From: an uncultured Gammaproteobacteria bacterium
GTDB lineage: Bacteria > Patescibacteriota > Microgenomatia > Daviesbacterales > UBA10151
Reading direction: 5' to 3'
Assembly (NCBI GenBank): GCA_964551605.1
Contig: CAZKCV010000003.1
Coordinates: 15,474 to 79,473 of the forward strand
DNA length: 64,000 nt
Part shown: one piece after another, positions 1 through 9,833 of the stretch
Layout: each line of letters starts with the position of its first letter
Numbering within the stretch: the first letter of the stretch is position 1
The notes under the pieces: model-generated
Databases searched by the model: none
Told to the model about the DNA's origin: nothing
The model's input: only the letters and a program-made list of their open reading frames with translations
Translations under genes and position numbers: made by a program

Positions 1-1
1 G

Positions 2-553
2 GAAGCGATCACCAAAGATAATGTTTCTGCCCGGGTTAATGCCGTAATTTATTACCGGATCAGTGCCGCCCAAAAGGCTGTTTTAGAAGTAGAGGATTTC
101 TTTTACGCTGTTTCACAGCTGGCCCAGACCACTATGAGAAATGTTATTGGAGAAACCTCTTTAGATGATTTGCTCTCCAAAAGAAATGAAGTAGCAGATA
201 AGATTCAAAGAATTATCGATAAAGCCACTGATCCCTGGGGAGTTAAAGTTGAATCGGTAGAGCTTAAAGATATTATTCTGCCTGATGAAATGAAGCGGGT
301 GATTGCCAGGCAAGCTGAGGCAGAAAGGGAAAGAAGAGCCATTGTGATCCGGGCCGAGGGCGAAAAAGCAGCAGCGGAAAATATCGCCACGGCCGCAGGC
401 AGGCTGGCCAAAACTACCGGCGGTTTACATGTCAGGACCTTACAAACCCTATCCGAGCTTTCTGCTGACAAAAATAATACCATTGTCTTTGTCACGCCTT
501 TGGAAATACTGCGCGCTTTTGATGGCTTCATCAAAAAGGGATCAAAAAAATAA
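2..553 (+). CDS. SPFH/band-7 (stomatin-like) protein, 5' truncated by window edge
   Basis: Frame open from base 2 (EAITKDNVSARVNAVIYYRI...AQTTMRNVIG...TDPWGVKVESVELKDI...QAEAERERRA), typical stomatin/QmcA motifs. Confidence 0.9.
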   Translation, partial: EAITKDNVSARVNAVIYYRISAAQKAVLEVEDFFYAVSQLAQTTMRNVIGETSLDDLLSKRNEVADKIQRIIDKATDPWGVKVESVELKDIILPDEMKRVIARQAEAERERRAIVIRAEGEKAAAENIATAAGRLAKTTGGLHVRTLQTLSELSADKNNTIVFVTPLEILRAFDGFIKKGSKK

Positions 554-568
554 TTATGCCGGGGGTTT

Positions 569-1030
569 TCAGCTTCTCCCTCTGAGGAAATTAAGAATTT
601 GGTTTAACAAATCTCTAATTTGATCCAGCGGGCCTCTGGCTCTCACTCTGACATCAGCCCCCTGTTTAAGTTTAATCTCCACCTCTTGATCGTCTCTAAA
701 AACTTTGATTTCCTCAGCAAACTTTTTATTATCCACTATAACCCCCTCTACTTTTGCATCCTCCCCCACTTTTAAAGTGCCTTTTTGTTCAAATTCCCTG
801 ACCAGTGAAGGATCAATAAAAATAGTATTTCCGGCAATGGTGAAATTATCAGAAGCAATGGCCGAAATTCTGCCGCTGATTTCAAATCTATTTCCTTGTA
901 TCTCTACCTTTTGCTCTATCCTCTCTCTTATCTCCACTTCATTCTCATCCCCGTTTCTGCCTTCCACTGCCAAAAGAGAAACCGGCATCAATAACACTAT
1001 ACCTATTAAAACTATAAGTATTCTTTTCAT
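569..1030 (-). CDS. Secreted hypothetical protein, DUF5666-like
   Basis: Signal peptide, then FEISGRISAI...LKVGEDAKVEG...AEEIKV pattern. Confidence 0.6.
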   Translation of the reverse strand: MKRILIVLIGIVLLMPVSLLAVEGRNGDENEVEIRERIEQKVEIQGNRFEISGRISAIASDNFTIAGNTIFIDPSLVREFEQKGTLKVGEDAKVEGVIVDNKKFAEEIKVFRDDQEVEIKLKQGADVRVRARGPLDQIRDLLNQILNFLRGRS

Positions 1031-1095
1031 ATATTTAAGCTAGCACAATCGGGTAAAAAATAAGTAAGTTTTAGGCAACAATTAGGTTAAAGCTA

Positions 1096-1458
1096 TTAGA
1101 GGTACTTTTTAACTTTTTTGACTAAATTAGCTATGTCAAATGGTTTTTCCAAAAAATCATCCGCCCCGAAGTCTTTAGCAGTTTTTGCCAAATCCCGGGT
1201 AGCCGAGACCAAAATAATCGGGATATGCTTGGTGCTGGCTTGACTTTTTAAGTTCCTGCAGATTAGTTTTCCGTCTGAGTGGCCCATCCAAAGATCAAGT
1301 AACAACAAATCAGGTAAATTAGTTCTCATCTCTTTTATGGTTTGCTCATCCACGGCTATTGCTACTTCAAAACCGTTCATCTCTAAAATTGTTTTAACTA
1401 CATCAGCAATCCCCTGGTCATCTTCTGCCACCAGGACTTTTTTCTTGATATCAGTCAT
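1096..1458 (-). CDS. Single-domain response regulator (receiver)
   Basis: VLVAEDD, PDLLLLDLWM, ADDFLEKPFD; overlaps kinase stop. Confidence 0.92.
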   Translation of the reverse strand: MTDIKKKVLVAEDDQGIADVVKTILEMNGFEVAIAVDEQTIKEMRTNLPDLLLLDLWMGHSDGKLICRNLKSQASTKHIPIILVSATRDLAKTAKDFGADDFLEKPFDIANLVKKVKKYL

Positions 1459-3101
1459 TTAGCCTCTCCTTTGCCTAAAGGAATAGAAAAAGAAAAGACT
1501 GAGCCTTTTCCGGTCTCGCTTTCCACCCAGATTTTACCTTCATGCCTTTTAATTATTTCTGAAGAGATATAAAGCCCCAATCCCAAGCCGGTAGGAGTCC
1601 GCTCTCCCAGGGTTTCAATCTGATAAAACCGCTTAAAGATTTTTTGTTGCTTTTCTTTAGGAATTCCGATACCAAAATCTTGTACTGACAGGACAATTTG
1701 GCCATTCTTACCATTAGTCATAACTTTGACTTGATTTTTTCGTTGAGAGTATTTAACAGCATTTGTCAGAAAATTGGTCAGCACCTGGCCAATACGCTCC
1801 CTATCTCCATAAACAACCGTTGTCCGGGCTAACTCTTTAACCATCTCATGTGCCGGTGAGATACGCTGCACTTCTTCTACAGTCTCATCAACCATTTCAT
1901 TAAAATCAAAATAATCTTTATTAAACTGTAACTTGCCGGTTTGTATCCTGGTAATATCCAGCAGCTCTTTAATTAAGCTGATTAATCTGTTAACTTGTCC
2001 CTCCATCTTTCCCAACATCTCTGCTGACTTGATATCGCCCTGATCATAAAATACCTGTTGTAGTACTTGGGCATAGGCCTTAATGCTGGTAACAGGAGTT
2101 TTTAATTCATGAGTGGCCACTCCCAGAAAGTGATCTTTCTGCTGTTCCAGTCTTTTTAATTCAGTAATATCTACGCCATAAACCCTGACGCTGCCGATTT
2201 CAGCCACATAATGGATACTTTCCCGATACCATCTGTCTCCCAGGTTTACCTCCCGAATCGAAGACCTGTTCGTTTTTTTCATGCGCTGCGGTTTAATACC
2301 AAGAAGAAATGGATGTTGGCTGTTTTTATCTAGGATATCGGGAAAAAGTTTAAGTAAAGCCGGATTAACATAAGTCACATTGCCCTGCATATCCATTTCA
2401 GCAATCGGATTAATGTTCAATCTGGGAAATGAGGCTAAATGAACAATTTCTTTTTCCACCCGACGGAGTGCCTCTTTTGCCTGTTTTTGACCGGCGCTTT
2501 CGATAATTTCCCAGGATCCGGAGCGCTTAATCAGTGCAAATTGGTGGTTGGTAACTACATCTATAATCTCCCCGGCCCCGCATTTATCAAGAAAATAGGT
2601 ACATAAAACCAGTAGCTTGTAAGGGCCGATGACATTATTTATTTGGGCTTCATAAGAGGCAAAATCATCCCAATCTTTTTTATTATCAATCCAGAAAGGA
2701 TTACCGCTTACCCTCATGCCGTCAAAGCCGCGGGCTTTCCCCTCATTGTGTTTCCCTACCCACTTTTTTAGCACCCTCTTCATCTCAAACTTACCGCTTT
2801 TTAAATACCAATTGGTATAAGGAAAAATCTCTATCTGCCCTTTTTTTAAGTATTTGGCAAAATTAGGAATGGCCTTTTTCATGGCCGCCTTAGCCTCCTG
2901 ATCAGTTAGAAATTCTGAAGTCACCCAGACACAGAACTCGTTATTTTCCAACCCGGCCTTAAAATAACGCACTAAAATATCAGAAAGATCTTTTTTTGTC
3001 TGATAAAACTGGCAAAAATGGGTACCCCAGGGTAAATCACCGACAATTTTTAAACCTGAGTCTCTTAGCCCCTGTTTGGCTGTTTTTGCGGCCTTTTTCA
3101 T
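1455..3101 (-). CDS. Sensor histidine kinase with N-terminal MEDS and PAS domains
   Basis: PWGTHFCQFY (MEDS), ATHELKTP H-box, NFLTNAVKYS, DFGIGIP, GLGLGL; start set at ATG 3101. Confidence 0.88.
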   Translation of the reverse strand: MKKAAKTAKQGLRDSGLKIVGDLPWGTHFCQFYQTKKDLSDILVRYFKAGLENNEFCVWVTSEFLTDQEAKAAMKKAIPNFAKYLKKGQIEIFPYTNWYLKSGKFEMKRVLKKWVGKHNEGKARGFDGMRVSGNPFWIDNKKDWDDFASYEAQINNVIGPYKLLVLCTYFLDKCGAGEIIDVVTNHQFALIKRSGSWEIIESAGQKQAKEALRRVEKEIVHLASFPRLNINPIAEMDMQGNVTYVNPALLKLFPDILDKNSQHPFLLGIKPQRMKKTNRSSIREVNLGDRWYRESIHYVAEIGSVRVYGVDITELKRLEQQKDHFLGVATHELKTPVTSIKAYAQVLQQVFYDQGDIKSAEMLGKMEGQVNRLISLIKELLDITRIQTGKLQFNKDYFDFNEMVDETVEEVQRISPAHEMVKELARTTVVYGDRERIGQVLTNFLTNAVKYSQRKNQVKVMTNGKNGQIVLSVQDFGIGIPKEKQQKIFKRFYQIETLGERTPTGLGLGLYISSEIIKRHEGKIWVESETGKGSVFSFSIPLGKGEAK

Positions 3102-3144
3102 AGAAGATCTAAAATACCCCCGCATTCTACCAAAGAAAATAATA

Positions 3145-3903
3145 TTACTCAAGCATACTAACCAGTAAATAAATAACAAACATCCCCAGAAAAAGTAATA
3201 TAGTTTGAATTATAGCCACATTTTTTTTGTCCTCATGGTGGATTTCCGGGATCAAGTCAGAGGCGGCAATATAGATAAAAAAACCGGCCGCTAAGGCCAG
3301 GAAAGCCGGTAAAAAGGCTTTTATATTCTCACCGACTAGAAAGGCAACGATCGCTCCGCCTATAGCCACTAAAGCGCTCAGGACATTGATAGCTATAACC
3401 TTTTTCTTTTTTAACCCCCTATGAAGCATAATGGCAAAGTCCCCTATCTCCTGGGGAACCTCATGAGCTACTATAGCCAGAGACGTTACCACCCCTAAGG
3501 GAATACTGACCATAAATGTTAGGGCAATCACTATCCCGTCAATAAAGTTATGAGTACTATCGCTAATAATTAGTAACGGGATAATTGATTTACCTTCCCG
3601 GGGGCTGGTATGGTCAGAAGCATGGTGGTGAAACCAATGGATAAACCGTTCCACCAAAAACAGCACGGAAAATCCGACCACAGCCCAAAGGAAAATATCC
3701 CCGCCAAACTCTTCTGCCTCCTCAAAAGCTTCCGGCAACAGATCAAAAAAAGCTGTTCCCAATAGCACACCGGCCGCAAAGGAAGTTAGAAAATGAGCTA
3801 TTTTAATAGCAAATTTTTCCTTATACAGCAGTATTAACCCCCCAATTAAAGAAGCAATACTGCCTAAGAATGTAAAAAGTAAAATATAACCTAAAACTGA
3901 CAT
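3145..3903 (-). CDS. ZIP family zinc/metal transporter
   Basis: FAAGVLL, His-rich loop, HNFIDG, AHEVPQEIGDF. Confidence 0.9.
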   Translation of the reverse strand: MSVLGYILLFTFLGSIASLIGGLILLYKEKFAIKIAHFLTSFAAGVLLGTAFFDLLPEAFEEAEEFGGDIFLWAVVGFSVLFLVERFIHWFHHHASDHTSPREGKSIIPLLIISDSTHNFIDGIVIALTFMVSIPLGVVTSLAIVAHEVPQEIGDFAIMLHRGLKKKKVIAINVLSALVAIGGAIVAFLVGENIKAFLPAFLALAAGFFIYIAASDLIPEIHHEDKKNVAIIQTILLFLGMFVIYLLVSMLE

Positions 3904-3914
3904 GATTTTAATTA

Positions 3915-4787
3915 TTATACACAATCTATTTTCCAAACACCTTTTTCTCTAAAAGCAGGAATAGTTTGACGCTTAGCTGCATTTAATATCACAGGGGCTG
4001 GTTTATTCTGCTGAATCGCAAATTCAGTAGCCTCAATAATTGTAGATCCTTTTAAATAAGCCGTTCTTTTATGTAAAGCCTCCATCAGGGCAAGCGAAAT
4101 TATTTTTCCCATTGTTTTAATTGTTTTATCATCTCTGTATTCCTTAAACGAGCTATAATAGATTTGTTTCTCCTTGTCCCGGATGATTATCCCCGGAAAC
4201 CCTAATCTATATAGCTGATAATTTATGATCACTCTGCCGATCCTACCATTACCATCATTAAAGGGGTGAATTGTTTCAAATTGCAGGTGGAACTTAGCAA
4301 TCTTGTCCACAAAATAACTTATGTTGTTACTTGAGTACTCTATTAAAGCCTCTTCAAGCATCCGTTCTATATGTTCCGGAGGTGGAGCAATAAAACTACC
4401 TATCCGGACATACTCTTCTTTCTTCCGTAATCTTCCGGCAATGCCTTCGTCTATATTCCCTAGTAACATTTGATGAAAAAGCAATATGGTTTCCTTAGAA
4501 AGCTCTTCCGAAGACTCGCCGCGCACATACTCCATAACCCCGGCCAGATTCTTAGCTTCGTAAACTTCACGCAGACTGACATTGCGTGAAACTTCCATCT
4601 CAAGGAGAATCTTTTCTGTTTCTTTCAAAGTAAGTGTGGAGTTTTCTATGGCATTGGAGTTATAAACACTTTCCGGAATTTCGGCTTCGTCAATAATTTT
4701 AAGTAAAGACTGCTTACCTATTTTAAAACGGTCATATTCTTTTTTAAGGGTTTCTATTCTTTTTTGCAGAAAAAGAGGAGTTGGCAT
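3915..4787 (-). CDS. Fic family protein (class II, SNAIEN inhibitory helix)
   Basis: HPFNDGNGRIGR canonical Fic motif. Confidence 0.9.
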   Translation of the reverse strand: MPTPLFLQKRIETLKKEYDRFKIGKQSLLKIIDEAEIPESVYNSNAIENSTLTLKETEKILLEMEVSRNVSLREVYEAKNLAGVMEYVRGESSEELSKETILLFHQMLLGNIDEGIAGRLRKKEEYVRIGSFIAPPPEHIERMLEEALIEYSSNNISYFVDKIAKFHLQFETIHPFNDGNGRIGRVIINYQLYRLGFPGIIIRDKEKQIYYSSFKEYRDDKTIKTMGKIISLALMEALHKRTAYLKGSTIIEATEFAIQQNKPAPVILNAAKRQTIPAFREKGVWKIDCV

Positions 4788-4796
4788 AAGAATTGT

Positions 4797-4868
4797 ATTA
4801 TATCAAATTCACGTTATTTTGTCAATTTAACGTGAATTATATGCCGTTTACGGGATAAATTCACGGTA
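4797..4868 (-). promoter_or_regulatory. Sigma70 promoter of Fic gene with palindromic operator
   Basis: TTGACA(4825-4820)-17 nt-TATAAT(4802-4797); perfect 11-bp inverted repeat AATTCACGTTA 4806-4816 / 4828-4838 around the -35; third half-site 4858-4868. Confidence 0.7.
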
Positions 4869-5015
4869 TTTTTGCTCCCCAAGCCTTGACTTATTATATC
4901 AGCCTATTTTAGATACATTCTCCAATAAAAGTTATCCGGGGCAATTAAGTCAAAGGATAAATGTCCAAAGCTACTTCTTCATAAGGATAGACTTTCTTTA
5001 CTGATCTTCCCATAT

Positions 5016-6071
5016 TTATTTAAAGTAAGTTTCATTGGCAAATTTGATTTGTTCAATAAACAATCTTTTAATATGGACTATACTGAGCTGCTCATAAAAA
5101 AGTATTAAGGCTTTCTTAAATTCCTCTTCATCCACACTCCTGTAAGATAAAGGGTAAAGATCCCAGGCCAGCAAGATAGCATTAGTTAACATCCTTCCTG
5201 TTCTTTTATTCCCGTCAGAATATGGCTGAAGATAGGGAATCATAACATGGGCAATTAGGGCCTTCTCAAAATAATCCTGAGCCAGATTTATTGCTTTGAC
5301 TATTCTCTCAAACGCCTCTTTTATTTGAAATTCATTGTCAGGGGGTCTATAAAGCGTGCCTGTTATACCCACCGCTTGTTTTCTAATTCCGGTGGAGATG
5401 GATAAATCCTTAACTAAAATATTATGCAGTTGATTAATGTCTGAAGTAGAGATTACCTGAAAATCATTTTTATTTTTAAGTATGGTGTCAAAAGCTGATT
5501 TATGGTTTAAAATCATAATAGCCTCATCCTTAGTTTTACCTCTCGCCTCTTCCTGCTCTTTAATTAAACTTTCAGTTTCCAGGAGGGTATAAGTGTTACC
5601 TTCAATTTTGGAAGACTTCCATGATAGCTCAATAACAAATCTTTCCAGTTCCCTTTGCAAGATGTCCGGTGCTAAATGGCTGGTTTTTTGGATAAAACTG
5701 AACTTCGATTTTTGAAGATCAGCCAGCTCGTTGGGTAATAAAAGGTTATGTAGAAATTTAAATACACCCCCGTCAAAACCTTTTTTAACATCTGCTCTTT
5801 TATCAGGATCCAGGGCAAAATACTGTTCAAGATCAAAATAGCGCAGGAGTGGATTATCTACCACTGATAAATAACGGGTTGCCTTTGCTTTACCGTCAAT
5901 TTTTATCAGCTTAGCACTAAGAAGAATATTCAAATCCCGGATTAATGTTGGTTTTGATATTGGATATAATTTCTCAACTTTTCCCTGAATTTCTTCTCTA
6001 AGTAACCCTTCTGACTGGTTGATAATATTTAAAATATAACTTTGCCTTGGAGTAAGGATCGTCTCATTCAT
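5016..6071 (-). CDS. Fic family protein with N-terminal wHTH, non-canonical motif
   Basis: QPYSDGNKRTGR, SSKIEG; N-terminal SKPTLIRDLNILL helix-turn-helix. Confidence 0.85.
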   Translation of the reverse strand: MNETILTPRQSYILNIINQSEGLLREEIQGKVEKLYPISKPTLIRDLNILLSAKLIKIDGKAKATRYLSVVDNPLLRYFDLEQYFALDPDKRADVKKGFDGGVFKFLHNLLLPNELADLQKSKFSFIQKTSHLAPDILQRELERFVIELSWKSSKIEGNTYTLLETESLIKEQEEARGKTKDEAIMILNHKSAFDTILKNKNDFQVISTSDINQLHNILVKDLSISTGIRKQAVGITGTLYRPPDNEFQIKEAFERIVKAINLAQDYFEKALIAHVMIPYLQPYSDGNKRTGRMLTNAILLAWDLYPLSYRSVDEEEFKKALILFYEQLSIVHIKRLFIEQIKFANETYFK

Positions 6072-6126
6072 GTGTATCAATCGTATCATATTGAGACGAT
6101 CTGTCAACACTTCAATTTAGTCAGTA

Positions 6127-6320
6127 TTGACCTCTTCGAGAGCCTGAGGGCTCCTCGGAGCCTCGAAGGCCTGAGTTTGCCGAAAGTGTCAAGAGGTTAT
6201 AATAGGCAAAGCCTGTTACAACGCTTCGCGTTATAATAACAAATTTCAGCTCCACTGAGTTGGAGAGCTTAAGAACTTGCTCTCAAGTTCGCAAGACCTT
6301 GCGACGCAAGCGTCTTAGGA
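6127..6320. repeat. Cluster of GC-rich hairpins / REP-like sequence
   Basis: cctctt...aagagg outer stem, cctgagtttgccgaa, gaacttg-ctct-caagttc, aagac-cttgcg-a-cgcaag-c-gtctt. Confidence 0.45.
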
Positions 6321-6367
6321 CTGGCACTTTTAGAATCAGCGAATGAGGAAGTATGCTAAAGTAAATT

Positions 6368-7447
6368 ATGGGGCAAAAAGGGAATCTCGCAGTTTTGATT
6401 CTAATTGTCTTTATTATTATCTCCATCATCGCTATTATCGGAAGTCTTCTTATCCATAATCGTTTGGGGCTTTGGCCAAAAGATTTAATTTCAAACAGGA
6501 TATTTTCCAGGGAGCAGATGGAAGAGAAAGCCGCAGGTCTTGAAAGAAATTATCCCAAAGTTATCAAGGGGAACTGGGAACCTTCCTCTTTTCATATGTC
6601 CAAAATGCTGGATGAAGATTTAAATAAGATTAAAAGTCTCGGCGTTAACACAGTTTCCGTTTCTGTAGAATATAGTCTTAACCAAGATGGCACTCCGTCT
6701 CTCAAAGACGAAAACCAGTTGATATCTAATATTGTCAAAGCAAAAGAAAATGGCTTGGCAGTTTTAGTGGCCCCTAATTTTGTAGGTTCTGCCGGGCATA
6801 ATTTTAAGGAGGAAGGAATCGATATTGCTCTTGAGGATTATCTGAAGGTCTCGGAGGAAGTTGCCCTAAAATGGGCGGCAATTTCTGAAAAATATAAAGT
6901 GGAATTTTTTGCTCCACAAAATGAGTTCAACGGGATAATTGGAGGCAATTTTGCCCAAGGCGATGAGGAAATTGCCCATATAACTTCAGAGTGGCACCGC
7001 AATCTCCTGCCCAAAATAAAGACAGTTTATTCTGGCAAAACCATGATGAAGTTGTCCACAGTGCAACAAGGTACGGATGCAGCCGGCTATGACCTGGTGG
7101 GAATTACCATCTTTCATGGAAATGATGAACTGGGAGAATTTAGAAAACGAATTATCTCGCAATATCAAATCCTAAAAGATGTTGCGGAAAAAAGCGAAGC
7201 CATGTGGCTGGTTTCTGAAGCATGGTTTGCATACGGTGGACCATTTTTCCAACAAACCCAAAACAAAGCAGGAGAATCTTTGAATGAACTTCAGGATGAT
7301 TATTTTCAAATTTCCCTGGATGAGTATTTAAAATTTACAATTGATAAACCGGCAGGCTATATTTTTATTGCCTGGATCATGCCCGGAATGGATATTAAAA
7401 ACCGTCCGGCAGAAAAGGTAATTAAAGAATATTTTGGTAAATTATAA
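6368..7447 (+). CDS. Membrane-anchored glycoside hydrolase, clan GH-A TIM barrel (GH113/GH5-like)
   Basis: N-terminal TM, IKSLGVNTVSV, QNEF (candidate acid/base), VSEAW (candidate nucleophile). Confidence 0.6.
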   Translation: MGQKGNLAVLILIVFIIISIIAIIGSLLIHNRLGLWPKDLISNRIFSREQMEEKAAGLERNYPKVIKGNWEPSSFHMSKMLDEDLNKIKSLGVNTVSVSVEYSLNQDGTPSLKDENQLISNIVKAKENGLAVLVAPNFVGSAGHNFKEEGIDIALEDYLKVSEEVALKWAAISEKYKVEFFAPQNEFNGIIGGNFAQGDEEIAHITSEWHRNLLPKIKTVYSGKTMMKLSTVQQGTDAAGYDLVGITIFHGNDELGEFRKRIISQYQILKDVAEKSEAMWLVSEAWFAYGGPFFQQTQNKAGESLNELQDDYFQISLDEYLKFTIDKPAGYIFIAWIMPGMDIKNRPAEKVIKEYFGKL

Positions 7448-7613
7448 TGAACTACTAAAAATATCAGAGTAATAAATGAGAGGCTAAGTTCGGGTAGTAA
7501 GCATTCGGCTCCCGCTGGTAAACATGTTCAGGAATAAAGAGATTGAACTTGGACATAGCCTAGAAAGTCTCAAAGTCCTCTACTCTGAGCTTAATATACC
7601 AGAACGTAGCTTC

Positions 7614-7898
7614 TCAATCTAAAATCACTTCTTTCTCCCCCTTTATATATTGACGAATTAATAAACTAATTAAGGTCTGATAGGCTAAACCATTTCTCTT
7701 GGCTTTAGCTTTAACCTTAATGAGATCCTCTATATTCACCCTTAGCGTAATACTCTTGGTCTCTTGTAACTGCCTAAAGTTTTTAGCTGCCTCCTGAAAC
7801 ATTTCTTTAGTAGCTTCTAAGTTAGGTGTACTAACAAACTCACCCTTATCTAGTGCATCTTCTATCTCTTGCTCGTATTTATCAAGTATTACTTTCAT
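7614..7898 (-). CDS. Antitoxin, BrnA/CopG-like RHH
   Basis: KSITLRVN...KAKAKRNGLAYQTLI; overlaps toxin stop. Confidence 0.8.
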   Translation of the reverse strand: MKVILDKYEQEIEDALDKGEFVSTPNLEATKEMFQEAAKNFRQLQETKSITLRVNIEDLIKVKAKAKRNGLAYQTLISLLIRQYIKGEKEVILD

Positions 7899-8194
7899 TT
7901 TTTGACACCTCCTTTCAGATATTTATCAGTCAAAACCCTACTTGGATAGGCTGTTTTAAGAAAAATTGCTTTTCTTTTCTTATCTATCACATAAGGCACA
8001 GCATATACATATTCTTTTATCTTTACTACTAATATTCTTTGGTGAGGATATTTTTTGCTACTATGCCTTATATTACCTAGTATTTTCTTCCCTTCAATAG
8101 CAGTAACGACATCCTCCAACCCCACTCCTCTAGTTTCTTTTAATAAAAGATTTTTCTCTTCGGCAAACTCAATTCTGTAACCCTGGTACTTCAC
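7895..8194 (-). CDS. BrnT-like toxin
   Basis: EEKNLLLKETRGVGLEDV...YVYAVPYV...FLKTAYPSR; GTG start 6 nt after TTGACA-16-TATAAT promoter (8228-8201). Confidence 0.78.
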   Translation of the reverse strand: MKYQGYRIEFAEEKNLLLKETRGVGLEDVVTAIEGKKILGNIRHSSKKYPHQRILVVKIKEYVYAVPYVIDKKRKAIFLKTAYPSRVLTDKYLKGGVKK

Positions 8195-8280
8195 AAATAT
8201 ATTATACTCTCTGTACATACTTTGTCAATACAGTAATAGGGCTAGTTAAGACATGATCCAAGATTTTGTATAATAAATAC

Positions 8281-8741
8281 ATGATCAATAACCTTGATGT
8301 AGACAAACTTCTTGATGAAGCTGATATAGAACATCAAAAACAACAATTACTTGAAGTGAGAATAAAAAACCAATTGTTCGTTCATATCAAGAATTTCTTG
8401 ATGAAGATGGAAAAGTTAAAGATAAATCCCCTTTTTATGTAGTTGTCCATAAAGCTGTAATCGAAGACGACAAACAACAAATAGATGAACAGACTCGCAA
8501 AAAAATATTAGGAGAGATTGATTTCATTGAAAAGAATTTCGACCATACCTCTGCTGGTCCTTTTCAAAGAGCAGCCGTACCTCACGATCGACCGATCATA
8601 GTGTGCGGTGCCTATGATGCTGTATGTGTTGGACAACAACACGATTTGCTTATTAAAGGAGGATTTGACGCTTATATATCCAAAGAAGGAACACTACCTT
8701 TTACTCCTAATAAACCTGCATACGAACCGAGTAATCAATAG
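8281..8741 (+). pseudogene. Split ORF (-1 frameshift at A_AAA_AAC), distal part resembles isochorismatase-like C-terminus
   Basis: ATG 8281 frame stops after 53 aa; -1 frame is open 8355-8741 and encodes PIIVCGAYDAVCV...GGFDAYISKEGT. Confidence 0.5.
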
Positions 8742-8932
8742 TTTAGCTTATCCTAACAACCTAAACTCTATTTTGCTCCCCCTCCCTAGGATTACTATAC
8801 CGGAAAATACCTTTGTTTCTATCCTACAAACATTCCAAAATTTAGGCTATATTGGTGAAATGAGACAAAGATGGGAAAAGATTAAGAAACTGCAGGTAAA
8901 TACGGAGGGAATTATTGGTACAAATACAGGAT

Positions 8933-9358
8933 TTATAAATTCTTGAAGAAATGATAGCCATAATTCTTGTATCCTAAGCTCTCGTAAAATTTATGCCCTT
9001 GTTCATGCTTGTATTGAGATTCTATATAAACCCTATGACAACCTAGCTCCTTAGCTTTCTTCTCCACTTCTTGCATTAATACCTTTCCAACTCCATGCCT
9101 GCGAGAATCTGGATCAACATACATCTCATCTAATTCTGCTATTGGCTTTGGATAGCGGATAACAGGCCTGACCGAGAAGGTCGCCACTCCAACTAGTTTT
9201 CCCTCCTCTTCTGAAACATACACAAAATTAGTTGTACTGTTTAGAACTTTTGAGAATGAGTCGTTTTCTAATTTTGAATACCTATCTTCCCCAACAAAGT
9301 CATTATACAAACTCATTATTTGGTGATAATCAGACTCCCTAGCTAATCTAACAATCAT
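8933..9358 (-). CDS. GNAT acetyltransferase
   Basis: LDEMYVDPDSRRHGVGK, HKFYESLGY. Confidence 0.9.
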   Translation of the reverse strand: MIVRLARESDYHQIMSLYNDFVGEDRYSKLENDSFSKVLNSTTNFVYVSEEEGKLVGVATFSVRPVIRYPKPIAELDEMYVDPDSRRHGVGKVLMQEVEKKAKELGCHRVYIESQYKHEQGHKFYESLGYKNYGYHFFKNL

Positions 9359-9366
9359 AGATAATT

Positions 9367-9819
9367 TTATGAATTATTCTCCTTAACTAATTCTAACCTA
9401 GGTTCTCCATCTCCAAAATAATTATCTTTCCATCCCTCAATCTGAAAACCCATTTTAAGATAAATACGAATTGCACCACTATTATGTGGGTGAACTACTA
9501 AATCTACTTTCTTTGCATCTTTTATTTGATCCAATAACCATTCCATAGCTTCAGTACCATATCCTTTACCTGCATATTGCGGAAGGATTGCCAAACCATC
9601 TATGGAGATATGACCTGGTTCTTTAGGACTGTAGGCAACAGTTCCGATTGGCTGATTATCTTTAAGAACGAAAAATACTTTACATTTCTGTAAATAATCC
9701 CTCATTTCCTTCTCGGAATTATAGGCAAGAAAAAATCTAGGGGCAACTGAAGCAGCTTTCTTCTCTAAATCTCGCACCGCCTCCCAATCTTGTTCAGTAG
9801 CCTTCTTATAACTTAACAT
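9367..9819 (-). CDS. GNAT acetyltransferase (RimI-like)
   Basis: AILPQYAGKGYG, NSGAIRIYLKMGF. Confidence 0.9.
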   Translation of the reverse strand: MLSYKKATEQDWEAVRDLEKKAASVAPRFFLAYNSEKEMRDYLQKCKVFFVLKDNQPIGTVAYSPKEPGHISIDGLAILPQYAGKGYGTEAMEWLLDQIKDAKKVDLVVHPHNSGAIRIYLKMGFQIEGWKDNYFGDGEPRLELVKENNS

Positions 9820-9833
9820 AATAATTTGTAAAA

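Noticed and set aside
8608-8946. 112-aa ORF in the track
   Set aside because: Overlaps the better-supported -1 frame of 8281-8741 and the GNAT stop; no motif
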